A stretch of 47,817 bases of DNA from an uncultured Gammaproteobacteria bacterium (GCA_964496955.1 CAZCAY010000002.1:1-47817), one strand, 5' to 3'. Counted from the first letter of the stretch, positions 28,610 to 37,175 are shown. The notes: generated by a model not told the origin, from the sequence alone. A program made the numbers and translations.

Positions 28610-30361
28610 TTAATGTTTATCTTTTAATTGAAAAACTGTCAAGAAGGCTTCTTGGGGAATGACTACTTTACCAATCTTTTTCATTCTAACCTTACCGCGT
28701 TTCTGTTTTTCCAACAGCTTCATCTTTCTGGTAACATCACCCCCATACAATTTAGCTGTCACGTCCTTACGGTAAGCTGGAATAGTTTCGCTGGCAATAA
28801 TCCGTGAACCGATCGCCACCTGAATTGACACTGGAAACTGGTGTCTGGGGATAACCTCCTTAAGTTTACTAGCTAACAAGCGGGCAGCCTGGTGGGATTG
28901 GGAACGCGGCACAATCTCAGCGAGGTTTTCAACAGGCTGCCGATTAACCAAAACATCCAATTTAACCAAATCAGCCTCAAAATAGCCAATCGTCTCAAAA
29001 TCAAACGAGGCAAAACCGGCAGTTAAACTCTTCAAACGCTCATAAAAACCTCTCACAATTTCCAATAAGGGCACTTTGGCTATTATCTTGTAAGTATTAC
29101 CAAACTGCTCACTGGTTAAGTCACGACCTCTCTGATCATAAATTAACTGACACACAGGACCGTAATATTGAAGAGGTACAATGATTGTAACCTGAGCGTA
29201 GGGTTCACGAACAACCTTACAAGCAGGGTTAAAATCGCTAGGCTTATTAATAAATTTACCATCAACTTCCAAACTGACAGCAGGAGCCACTGCAATAACT
29301 TCTACCCCATACTCGCGCTCGAGTCGCTCTTGGGTAATTTGGGCATGAAAGACACCCAAAAAACCTAACCTAAAACCCCGACCAAAATGGGCTGAGATTT
29401 CAGGAGTAAGCTGTAAAGAAGCGTCTTGCAGTCTTAACCTTTCCAAACTTTCTTTAAGTTTTATAAACTCACTATCATTGACTGGATAAAATGATAAAAA
29501 TACCACTGGTTTAGGCTCCCGATAACCAGGTAAGGCTGCGGCTGGGCTGTGGAATAAAGTCAATGTATCGCCAATTCTCACTTTGGTTGGTTCCTTCATA
29601 TCAGTAACCACAAAACCAATCTCTCCATTATTAAGCTCATTAACAAAAACAGGCCTGGGGGTTACAAAACCCAGTTGCAAGACCCGCGCTCGAGAGCGGG
29701 AGGCTATAAAAAGAACTTCATCTCCCACTTTAATCTTGCCTCCTACCAAGCGAACTGTCACCACAACACCTCGATGAGGATCAAGAGTCGAATCAAAAAC
29801 CAAAGCCGCCGTTTGCTGGTTAAGGAAGCTAGGTGGTGGTACCAATTTCACAATTGCCTCAATGACTAAATCTACATTATGACCAGTTTTAGCACTCACT
29901 TTGATAATCTCATCCTCCTTAAAGCCTAACTCAACCAATTGATCAATGGTTTTATCAATAGCAGCTTGAGGACTGTCAATCTTGTTAATCACTGGAATAA
30001 TGACCAAACCAGCCTCTAAAGCTAAATTAAAATGCCCTAGTGTTTGAGCTTGAACACCTTGGGTGGCATCAACTATCAAGACAACTCCTTCCACTGAGGC
30101 TAATGACCTGGAAACTTCATAAGCAAAATCTGCATGGCCTGGAGTGTCAATTAAATTAAGGATGTAGCGCGATTGGTAGGAAAGGCGCACTGCTTTCAGT
30201 TTGATAGTAACCCCATGCTCCCGCTCTAGTTCCAGAGAATCTAAAAGCTGATCGGCGTGATCTTTATTAACTGCTCCACAAATTTCTAATATCCGATCAG
30301 CGAGTGTTGACTTGCCATGGTCAATATGGGCCACCAAAGCGAAGTTTCTTAAGTGATTCAT
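28610..30361 (-). CDS. lepA: Elongation factor 4 (LepA)
   Basis: G domain (AHIDHGKSTLADR, DTPGH, NKID) plus the LepA-specific C-terminal region (LYGGDVTRKMKLLEKQK.GK.RMK..G.V.IPQEAF). Confidence 0.95.
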   Translation of the reverse strand: MNHLRNFALVAHIDHGKSTLADRILEICGAVNKDHADQLLDSLELEREHGVTIKLKAVRLSYQSRYILNLIDTPGHADFAYEVSRSLASVEGVVLIVDATQGVQAQTLGHFNLALEAGLVIIPVINKIDSPQAAIDKTIDQLVELGFKEDEIIKVSAKTGHNVDLVIEAIVKLVPPPSFLNQQTAALVFDSTLDPHRGVVVTVRLVGGKIKVGDEVLFIASRSRARVLQLGFVTPRPVFVNELNNGEIGFVVTDMKEPTKVRIGDTLTLFHSPAAALPGYREPKPVVFLSFYPVNDSEFIKLKESLERLRLQDASLQLTPEISAHFGRGFRLGFLGVFHAQITQERLEREYGVEVIAVAPAVSLEVDGKFINKPSDFNPACKVVREPYAQVTIIVPLQYYGPVCQLIYDQRGRDLTSEQFGNTYKIIAKVPLLEIVRGFYERLKSLTAGFASFDFETIGYFEADLVKLDVLVNRQPVENLAEIVPRSQSHQAARLLASKLKEVIPRHQFPVSIQVAIGSRIIASETIPAYRKDVTAKLYGGDVTRKMKLLEKQKRGKVRMKKIGKVVIPQEAFLTVFQLKDKH

Positions 30362-30362
30362 C

Positions 30363-32015
30363 TTAACTGGAGAATAAAGACTTATTATCTTCCACTACCA
30401 CTTGATCAGTTTTAAATAGCCGCATTTTGCGCAACAAGGCCATTAATAATCTCACCTCGCCAACTTTAAAAATCCAGGTCAAAATAAGATAAACTATTAA
30501 GCCACAAAAAGTGGCAATGGTAGTAATTAAAAGCAAACCAACCGTTCTGGTAGTGTCAATGACTAGTTGGTCTAGTAACTTCATGGGTAAATATAAAGCT
30601 ACTGCCATTAAAAGCGATGATAAAGCAATCTTTGCAGCTGGAACAAATAACTGCTGCTTATTGAAATTTAACCTCAAATCTAAGAAAAAGAGGAGTAAAA
30701 GGCTGTTTGCCACATTAGCTATCGCATAAGCGGCTGCCAAATACAATACCGATAGGTGAAGTACCTTCACAAAAACCACTGAAAGTAAAATGTTCGTAGC
30801 CGCCCCTACTAAATTCACCAAAACAGGGGTTTTGACATCGTGCATTGCGTAAAAGGCTCGTATTAATAACAAACTTGCCGCTTGGGCTGGTAGACCGATA
30901 GTAAAGACTATAAGTGTTCTACCGGTAAGCACTGTCAAATCCCAAGGGAACTGAGCCGCTCCAAAGGCTAATCTCACCATGGGAATACGCAATACTGCCA
31001 AAATGGCAGCCGCTGGTAAGACTAAATACAACAATTGATGAAGGGTAGTTAAAAGAGTAGTCTTAAAATCTTCCTCTTTCTTTCTACTATGTTCAAAAGA
31101 AAGAGTGGGCAGGGCAGCCTGAGCCATTGAGGCACCAATGAGATTAATAGGAAAAAAATATAAAATTTGACTGAAATTAAAGGCCACCACCGAACCTGTG
31201 GAAATTAAGGAAGCCAAAGCAATGTTCACCAAATCACCCAAGCGACCCACTGCTAATCCTATCATTCGGGGTGTAGTCAAATGCACCATTTGAAGAGTAA
31301 AGCGCTCGCGCCAATCTAAAACCATTTTAAAGCGGAGGCCCAAATGGTAGGCTAATGGCAATTGGAGTCCAAAATGACAAACCGCACCTATTACCATCCC
31401 CCAAGCGGGACCAAAAATGCCCCACATCGGGCTTAAAAAAACAATCCCTAAAATAATGCCTAAATTATAAAAAATAGCAGCCAAAGCTGGAAAAATAAAA
31501 CGCTGAGAAGCTTGTAAAATCCCTGTTAAGAAAACTGACAGGGCAAAGAAAAACTGAGGGATAATCATTACTTGGATTAAACGACTAACCAGCTGCTGGG
31601 TAGCACTACCCTTACCAGGAGCGATTAAGACCGACAAAATCGGCGCTGTGGCAAAGATGAGAATGGCTAATATAAAAAAAATAACCATTGTCCAATTAAG
31701 GACATTGGCGGTAAATCGCCATGCTTGATCTGATTTCTTTTCAGCCATTAATTGAGAGAAAACCGGAATAAAAGCCACCGAAACAGCACTAAAAATAATC
31801 ACTTCAAAAACTACCTCAGGAATTCGAGCTGCCGCAATATAAGCCTCCAACACATCAACGGATTGGCCAAAATAAGCAGCTAATAGTCTCTGTCTTAAAA
31901 GCCCCAAAACCAAAGAACTGGCAGTAGACAACATAATGACAAAAGCAGCCGACAGAATAGTCCGTTGCTGGGTGACTAACCAACTAGCCCGTTTTTTAAA
32001 GATATTGACAACCAT
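30363..32015 (-). CDS. murJ: Lipid II flippase MurJ (MviN family)
   Basis: A polytopic membrane protein of about 550 aa with MurJ-like blocks (SLVLGLLRQRLLAAYFG, VFEVIIFSAVSVAFIPVF, PALAAIFYNLGII). ATG at 32015 is the preferred start; TTG at 32036 is the alternative. Confidence 0.85.
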   Translation of the reverse strand: MVVNIFKKRASWLVTQQRTILSAAFVIMLSTASSLVLGLLRQRLLAAYFGQSVDVLEAYIAAARIPEVVFEVIIFSAVSVAFIPVFSQLMAEKKSDQAWRFTANVLNWTMVIFFILAILIFATAPILSVLIAPGKGSATQQLVSRLIQVMIIPQFFFALSVFLTGILQASQRFIFPALAAIFYNLGIILGIVFLSPMWGIFGPAWGMVIGAVCHFGLQLPLAYHLGLRFKMVLDWRERFTLQMVHLTTPRMIGLAVGRLGDLVNIALASLISTGSVVAFNFSQILYFFPINLIGASMAQAALPTLSFEHSRKKEEDFKTTLLTTLHQLLYLVLPAAAILAVLRIPMVRLAFGAAQFPWDLTVLTGRTLIVFTIGLPAQAASLLLIRAFYAMHDVKTPVLVNLVGAATNILLSVVFVKVLHLSVLYLAAAYAIANVANSLLLLFFLDLRLNFNKQQLFVPAAKIALSSLLMAVALYLPMKLLDQLVIDTTRTVGLLLITTIATFCGLIVYLILTWIFKVGEVRLLMALLRKMRLFKTDQVVVEDNKSLFSS

Positions 32016-32034
32016 GATTTTTTTAGAGTATAAC
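32005..32034 (+). promoter_or_regulatory. Candidate rpsT promoter (TTGACA-18-TATAAC)
   Basis: The plus strand has TTGACA at 32005-32010 and TATAAC at 32029-32034, about 34 nt upstream of the rpsT ATG. The element overlaps the 5' end of the divergent murJ gene. Confidence 0.4.
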
Positions 32035-32040
32035 AACCAA

Positions 32041-32055
32041 TTGTTAAGTTAACAA
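32041..32055. repeat. 15-nt perfect palindrome TTGTTAAGTTAACAA between murJ and rpsT
   Basis: Read directly from the sequence. It is centred on G32048 and lies between the candidate rpsT -10 element and the rpsT start codon. Confidence 0.7.
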
Positions 32056-32067
32056 TACAAATTCACC

Positions 32068-32412
32068 ATGCCAGTTACTAAATCAGCCATTAAAAAGGCA
32101 AGACAAGATCTTAAAAGAATGCTACGCAACAAGCGCTTTAAGGAACGTTTAAAGTCAGCTATCCGCAATTTTCTTAAAAATAACAGTGCTGCTAATTTTC
32201 GGATCGTCCAAAGTTTGGTAGACAAAGCGGTCAAAAAGGGTATTTATAAAAAAAATAAAGCAGCCAGGGTCAAAAGTCGGCTTGCTAAAATTCAATCCCC
32301 AACTTCTACCAAACCCCGAACAAAACTTCAACCAAGTTCTTCTGCCCCAAACAAAACTACTCAATCCCGTAAAACGCAAACAGGTCAAAAAGCATCCCAA
32401 ACTTCAAAATAG
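32068..32412 (+). CDS. rpsT: 30S ribosomal protein S20 with a basic low-complexity C-terminal extension
   Basis: The start MPVTKSAIKKARQDLKRMLRNKRFKERLKSAIRNF is the typical S20 N-terminus. At 114 aa the protein is longer than the usual ~87 aa. Confidence 0.92.
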   Translation: MPVTKSAIKKARQDLKRMLRNKRFKERLKSAIRNFLKNNSAANFRIVQSLVDKAVKKGIYKKNKAARVKSRLAKIQSPTSTKPRTKLQPSSSAPNKTTQSRKTQTGQKASQTSK

Positions 32413-32458
32413 ATCTCTTGACAGGGCAATAATTACTTTGTTATTGTTAAAGTCAACA

Positions 32459-32677
32459 ATGACTAAGTGCCAGCAATTGGTAAGTATCACCCTCACCTTA
32501 CTAGTAACCTCAGTCCAAACAGTCTTGGCCCAAACTGCCTCACCTTCCGCAACTCAATCGGCCAGAGCGGGCGGTCTGCCTGAAGCTGGCACTTCTAACC
32601 TAACCATTCTGATTACCACCATTGGTGTCGTCCTTGTTATTACCGGAGCCATCAAGTTTTTCCGCTCGTTCCGTTAA
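32459..32677 (+). CDS. 72-aa secreted mini-protein with a C-terminal LPEAG, TM helix and basic-tail sorting signal (candidate sortase substrate)
   Basis: An in-frame ATG at 32459 within ORF 32282..32677 gives MTKCQQLVSITLTLLVTSVQTVLA|QTASPSATQSARAGG-LPEAG-TSNLTILITTIGVVLVITGAI-KFFRSFR. The upstream part of the ORF overlaps rpsT out of frame and is discarded. No SD sequence is visible, but rpsT also lacks one. Confidence 0.6.
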   Translation: MTKCQQLVSITLTLLVTSVQTVLAQTASPSATQSARAGGLPEAGTSNLTILITTIGVVLVITGAIKFFRSFR

Positions 32678-32691
32678 TCATTTTTCAATTG

Positions 32692-33891
32692 TTAACTTGC
32701 TTTAAGACTATCAGGTTGCAAATAGACAAACTGCTTAACTATTTGTCTGAGTCTCTCATAATCACCATCTCTGGGGATAAGCACCCATTGGCCGTTATAA
32801 TCGTTAGGTGGGGGGTTCACTAATAAGCTATTAGGTCCAGTATCGTCCAAAACTAACGAACGCAAATTAACCTGATCAAACTGGCGGGCAATTTTGAAAA
32901 AGGAGAAAATCTCCTCAGAGGTGATATCTGTGTCTAAACTCGCACCCAAAGTAGACCCAATAGCCATCACCCTTTGGGGATTAAGCAAGGTCTGGGTGCT
33001 AAAAACTTTATCCTTAACTGCTGCTAACACTTTTTGTTGCCTCGCCGCTCTCGCAAAATCAGAACCCTCATTATTAGTGCCCATCCGTGAACGGACGAAT
33101 TTTAAGGCAGTAGAGCCATCCATATGGGTCAACCCTTGCTCAAAATGGATGTGTTCAAAGCGGCAAGCGTAAACATTAACCCCCGCAGGTACTCGTTGCC
33201 CATTAGCATCAACATAAAAACTCACCGTTCCCTCAGTTGTCTCCTCAGTTATTAAACGGTAACCACAATTGTCATTTTCCTTACCAGCAATGGGATAATG
33301 GTAATCATCAAAACTCCTTTCCACCATGACTTCAATTCCGCCAATAGCATCAATAATCTTCTCAAAACCTGCAAAATCTATCCTCAGCCCATAGTGGATA
33401 GGAATGCCTAGAATTTCCCCTACAACCGTTTTGGCTCCAGCCAGACGGTTATCTTTGTGATTAGAACCATTAGCCACCGCATAAACAGCATTAACCTTCA
33501 TCCCTAAAGAATCCACCCAAAAATCACGAGGGATAGAAATCAAAGCGGCATCCTTATTTTTAGAATCAATTGATAACACCATGATTGTATCTGTTAAATC
33601 ACCACCTTGATGCCCAGCTCCACCAGTGCCTAAAAGCAAAATGTTAGTTCGCCCATTAGTATTCTTCAAACTATTACCATCAAAGATAAAGGAGAAAACA
33701 ACCGGCGGGCCAGCAAAGATCTTCTTTAAAAAAGCCATTGGCGACCAACCCACATTGACCAAACCCCAAATAACCACAGCCACCAATGCTATACTTGTTA
33801 CCTTCAAAAAGGACTGTTGGCGCCAATAACGGCTTAAACGTTTTCCTAAATACCGAGTAGTTCTAGGACGTGCGGGATCAAGATAACGCAT
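32692..33891 (-). CDS. LytR-CpsA-Psr (LCP) family cell-wall glycopolymer ligase
   Basis: N-terminal TM helix, the LCP core (NILLLGTGGAGHQGGDLTDTIMVLSID, ISIPRDFWV, INAVYA, ALKFVRSRMG..EGSDFARAARQQKVL), and an extra C-terminal domain. ATG at 33891 is the preferred start; TTG at 33921 is the alternative. Confidence 0.85.
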   Translation of the reverse strand: MRYLDPARPRTTRYLGKRLSRYWRQQSFLKVTSIALVAVVIWGLVNVGWSPMAFLKKIFAGPPVVFSFIFDGNSLKNTNGRTNILLLGTGGAGHQGGDLTDTIMVLSIDSKNKDAALISIPRDFWVDSLGMKVNAVYAVANGSNHKDNRLAGAKTVVGEILGIPIHYGLRIDFAGFEKIIDAIGGIEVMVERSFDDYHYPIAGKENDNCGYRLITEETTEGTVSFYVDANGQRVPAGVNVYACRFEHIHFEQGLTHMDGSTALKFVRSRMGTNNEGSDFARAARQQKVLAAVKDKVFSTQTLLNPQRVMAIGSTLGASLDTDITSEEIFSFFKIARQFDQVNLRSLVLDDTGPNSLLVNPPPNDYNGQWVLIPRDGDYERLRQIVKQFVYLQPDSLKAS

Positions 33892-33966
33892 AAAAAAATC
33901 ATTATTAAATAAATAACCCAAGTTGATATTATAGCCTGTTTTATGAGAACTGATAAAGCCTCTAAT

Positions 33967-34656
33967 TTAAGAATCTGCTGATTCCAGAAGCCGAATAAAC
34001 CCCTCAGCCTCTAAGCTAGCCTTACCTACCAAAACGCCAGAAATGGCTGGTTGGCGCAAATACTGACTGACATTATTAAAATCAACACTCCCTCCATAAA
34101 TGGCCCGTCCCTTTTGCAAAACTGCCAAAAACGATTGACAAACTTGATTTGCCCGTCTCCAATCTTCAGCGACGGCCTCGGGGTTAGTCGAAATAGCGCC
34201 AGGCGGCTCATAAGCGGCAACCACAGGTTTCTTAACAAAAACTCCTAACTCAGCAACCTGATCGGCATTAAGACAAATAATAGGCTTTAAACCAAATCTT
34301 AAAGCTAAAGCAGCTTTCTTAGCCACAATGGATGGCGATTCTGAAAAGTACTGTCTTCTTTCAGAATGACCAATAATTGCGTATTGAGCAAACGGACTAA
34401 TTTGGGTTGCACTAACCTCTCCCGTAAAAGGACCTTCCTCAAATTGGGAAACGTCTTGAACGCCTAGTATTAAACGATAATGATTCTTAGTTACTAACTG
34501 AAAAAGAGGTAGCAAATAAATGACGGGAGGACACACTACTATTTCCAAGGTGGCCATCTTTTGGGCAAATGGGCCCACTCGCTCAAACCAAGCCACGGCT
34601 TCCTCAAAACTTTTGTGAGCTTTCCAATTGGCAACAATTAGAGGCGTTTTAAGCAA
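33967..34656 (-). CDS. tpiA: Triosephosphate isomerase (short, 229 aa)
   Basis: Motifs ANWKAHKS (catalytic Lys), IIGHSERR (His), AYEPPGAI (Glu) and LVGKASL are present. The gene starts at a TTG 1 nt after the trx stop. The loop-6 sequence deviates from the usual EPVWAIGTG. Confidence 0.85.
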   Translation of the reverse strand: MLKTPLIVANWKAHKSFEEAVAWFERVGPFAQKMATLEIVVCPPVIYLLPLFQLVTKNHYRLILGVQDVSQFEEGPFTGEVSATQISPFAQYAIIGHSERRQYFSESPSIVAKKAALALRFGLKPIICLNADQVAELGVFVKKPVVAAYEPPGAISTNPEAVAEDWRRANQVCQSFLAVLQKGRAIYGGSVDFNNVSQYLRQPAISGVLVGKASLEAEGFIRLLESADS

Positions 34657-34657
34657 C

Positions 34658-34924
34658 TTATTCCAAATATCTTTGAATTAATTGAACCAATTCAGCCTTT
34701 GACCTGGCACCAACAACTCTTTCAACTTCCTTATCGTCCTTCTCCAAAACATAAGTGGGGATAGAAAGCACATTGTATTTAGAAGCGAGTTCAAGATTTT
34801 CATCCACATTAACCTTGGTCACTTTGATCGTAGAAGCAAACTCTTTCTCAATTTCCTCAATAATTGGCGCCATCATTTTACAAGGCGCACACCAATTAGC
34901 ATAAAAATCAATCAGTTTAACCAT
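34658..34924 (-). CDS. trxA: Thioredoxin (short form)
   Basis: The WCAPCK active site, the cis-Pro motif SIPT and the VGA motif are present. ATG at 34924 is the preferred start, because the TTG at 34945 lies within or upstream of the predicted transcription start. Confidence 0.88.
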   Translation of the reverse strand: MVKLIDFYANWCAPCKMMAPIIEEIEKEFASTIKVTKVNVDENLELASKYNVLSIPTYVLEKDDKEVERVVGARSKAELVQLIQRYLE

Positions 34925-34946
34925 AACAAGAAACGGTTTCCTCAAA

Positions 34947-34976
34947 ATTTTAACACACCTTCTAAAAGAGATGCAA
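34947..34976 (-). promoter_or_regulatory. Candidate trxA promoter (TTGCAT-18-TAAAAT, with TGT extended -10)
   Basis: The minus strand has TTGCAT at 34976-34971 and TAAAAT at 34952-34947, preceded by TGT. Confidence 0.45.
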
Positions 34977-35239
34977 TACCTCTACCAAAATCCAATAATC
35001 AAAGGCTAAGCAAACCGCTATCAAACTACAGGTCTAATAAAATAATTTTAAATATAACTTATAGTTCATTAAGGCTTCAAAAACCTATCACCCCAAAACC
35101 AAAATACCCCTAGTCCAAACCGCAGCACCTATTACTTTCCAACCACTATCGTCTAACTGAAGGTCCAGCTGGGAAAATTTTAACCCCTTAAAACCTAATT
35201 TGATTTACTGAGATTTTAATGATAGGATAACAACCACTA

Positions 35240-35977
35240 ATGAGGCCGCATCAAGCCTTTATAGCCAATTACTACTCCCTAATTTTTTCCAGTCTCTTTA
35301 TTGCCGTCATTATTACGATTACTCCTCTAATGAGTAAATTGCCCCCTAATCATTTAGCTTTTGACCAAAGCGACAATCTCAAATTAGAACTGCTTCAACC
35401 GTCTTTGTTACTAGAAACCCCATCCAAATTTAAAGAAACAACCACCACCCAATTGATCCCAATCCCTTTTGACCAAAAAACAGTCATTGATAGCAATCTT
35501 GACTTTGGGCTGATCAAAATCATCCAAGAAGGTAAGGTGGGTCAAGCTCAAATCACCACCAAAACTCTCTTCTATGACGGTCAATTTTATAGTCAAGAAC
35601 GCACCCGCACCCAAATTACTCCACCTCAAGACCAAATAGTGGCCATTGGCCGGAAAAAGAACCTCCAAATTATTGAAACGGAATTTGGCCAACTAGAAGC
35701 TTTTGCTAAACTTAAGGTATATGCCACTGCCTATGATAAGAACTGTCACGGCTGTAATGAAACCACAGCTCTCGGTTTAAAAGCTGGCTTTGGGGTGGTA
35801 GCGGTTGACCCCACCATTATCCCCCTTGGCACTAAACTCTATATCCCAGGATATGGTTTAGCAATCGCTGGCGATACTGGCGGAGCTGTGAAAGGCTACA
35901 TCATCGATTTAGGGTTTGATAATGTTAAAACCGCCAACTGGCGCGCTCGCCATATAAACGTCTATCTGATTAACTAA
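35240..35977 (+). CDS. G5-domain / 3D-domain cell-wall protein (YabE/Sps-like putative muralytic factor)
   Basis: N-terminal TM or signal helix, a G5-like segment (IPIPFDQKTVIDSNLDFGLIKIIQEGKVGQAQITTKTLFYDGQ), and a 3D domain (VYATAYDKNCHGCNETTALGLKAGFGVVAVDPTIIPLGTKLYIPGYGLAIAGDTGGAVKGYIIDL). Confidence 0.8.
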   Translation: MRPHQAFIANYYSLIFSSLFIAVIITITPLMSKLPPNHLAFDQSDNLKLELLQPSLLLETPSKFKETTTTQLIPIPFDQKTVIDSNLDFGLIKIIQEGKVGQAQITTKTLFYDGQFYSQERTRTQITPPQDQIVAIGRKKNLQIIETEFGQLEAFAKLKVYATAYDKNCHGCNETTALGLKAGFGVVAVDPTIIPLGTKLYIPGYGLAIAGDTGGAVKGYIIDLGFDNVKTANWRARHINVYLIN

Positions 35978-35983
35978 CAAATT

Positions 35984-37024
35984 ATGGATATTAAGGTTGT
36001 TAAAGAAAATCAGCGGCAATCTTTCAATGAAAGTGTTGATCACATCCTGCAATCGTGGGAATGGGGAGAGTTTAGATTAAAAGAGGGTAAAATCGTCACC
36101 AGGCTTAGTCTTAAGCCCAAGACAGGACCTGCCAAAGGCTATCAGCTTACTTTCCACCACATTCCGGCATTAAATGTAACTATAGGATACATGCCGCGTT
36201 GTCATCTACCAACTAAAGAGGTCCTTGACTATTTGGTTACTATAGGTCGTGATGTGAAAGCAACTTTTATTAAGATTGAGCCAGCATGGCCAATAGAGGA
36301 GAGGAGGCATGCTGAATTTTTTGAATTTGAAAACCACCAAAACATTGTGCCATCAAAAAAACCTATTTTTGCCAAACATACCTTTGTCATTGATCTAACT
36401 AAAAGCGACCACCAATTATTAGCCCAAATGAAACCCAAAACCCGCTACAATCTTAGATTGGCTCAAAAACGAGGAGTTGAAGTTAAAGAAAGAGAAGACC
36501 AACAAGCGTTTGAGGAGTTTTTAAGACTCCAACGAGAAACTGCCCAAAGACAAGGGTTTTATATTCATCCTGATCACTACTACCGGTTAATGTGGCAAGT
36601 TTTAAAACCTGCCAAAATGGCCCATTTATTGGTGGCTAGCTATCAAAAAGAAACCCTAGCTGCTTGGCTAATCTTTCGCTTTAAAAAAACCATCTATTAT
36701 CCGTATGGGAGTTCATCGACTCAATACAAACATTTAATGGCCTCCAATCTATTAGCTTGGGAGGTAATACAACTTGGCAAGAGATTGGGTTGTGAACTTT
36801 TTGATTTTTGGGGAGCTCTTGGCAATAACCCTCAACCAACCGACCCTTGGTATGGTTTCCATCGTTTCAAAGCTGGTTTTGGAGGGCAATTGGTAGAATT
36901 TGTGGGGGCTTATGATTTAATTATTAATCACTCTCTCTATCGATTACTCACTGAGATGGATAAATTAAGATGGACGGGTCTGCGATGGTGGGCTAGGGCT
37001 AAAAAATTATTTTTAAAAAGCTAG
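35984..37024 (+). CDS. FemAB-family peptidoglycan interpeptide-bridge aminoacyltransferase (paralog 1)
   Basis: 346 aa with family blocks (LQSWEWGEF, MKPKTRYNLRLAQKRGVEV, YYPYGSSS, FDFWG, FHRFKAGFGGQ). There is no coiled-coil insertion, so it is FemX-like. Confidence 0.85.
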   Translation: MDIKVVKENQRQSFNESVDHILQSWEWGEFRLKEGKIVTRLSLKPKTGPAKGYQLTFHHIPALNVTIGYMPRCHLPTKEVLDYLVTIGRDVKATFIKIEPAWPIEERRHAEFFEFENHQNIVPSKKPIFAKHTFVIDLTKSDHQLLAQMKPKTRYNLRLAQKRGVEVKEREDQQAFEEFLRLQRETAQRQGFYIHPDHYYRLMWQVLKPAKMAHLLVASYQKETLAAWLIFRFKKTIYYPYGSSSTQYKHLMASNLLAWEVIQLGKRLGCELFDFWGALGNNPQPTDPWYGFHRFKAGFGGQLVEFVGAYDLIINHSLYRLLTEMDKLRWTGLRWWARAKKLFLKS

Positions 37025-37051
37025 CCTGATTTAAAAAATGTCATTCTAACC

Positions 37052-37125
37052 GTATCCATACGTATTTTAAGATCCAGCTGATGAACAAAAGACCACTCTA
37101 GACGACTTCAGAATTGTATGGATAC
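37052..37125. repeat. 10-bp perfect inverted repeat GTATCCATAC ... GTATGGATAC with a 54-nt spacer, in the fem-fem intergenic region
   Basis: The arms are at 37052-37061 and 37116-37125. The right arm extends to ...GGATACATTT, which mirrors AAATGT at about 37036-37041 on the left. Confidence 0.6.
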
Positions 37126-37175
37126 ATTTAACAAGTGCCAACAATGAATAAAATAGCAAGATAATAGAGAAGAAC

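Noticed and set aside
32282-32458. The N-terminal 59 codons of the 131-aa ORF 32282..32677, which overlap rpsT out of frame.
   Set aside because: This part overlaps the conserved S20 coding frame and has no protein-like features. The signal peptide begins exactly at the internal ATG at 32459, so only 32459-32677 is kept as a gene.
34925-35239. Replication origin (oriC) at the strand-switch spacer.
   Set aside because: Divergent gene orientation and an AT-rich ~300-nt gap fit an origin. However, I find no cluster of DnaA boxes. There is one weak TTTAACACA-like 9-mer near 34948 and no TGTGGATAA or TTATCCACA. There is no dnaA, dnaN or gidA nearby, and minus-strand genes resume at 38165-42089. 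GC skew cannot be judged from this window by eye.
34925-35239. A cyclic-di-AMP (ydaO-type) or other riboswitch upstream of the G5/3D cell-wall gene. I also looked for T-box leaders upstream of alaS and metG.
   Set aside because: I could not find the conserved ydaO core motifs (the ACGGGG and CCCA-type pseudo-symmetric elements) in the spacer. The alaS and metG upstream spacers (57 nt, and about 0-28 nt) are too short for a T-box.
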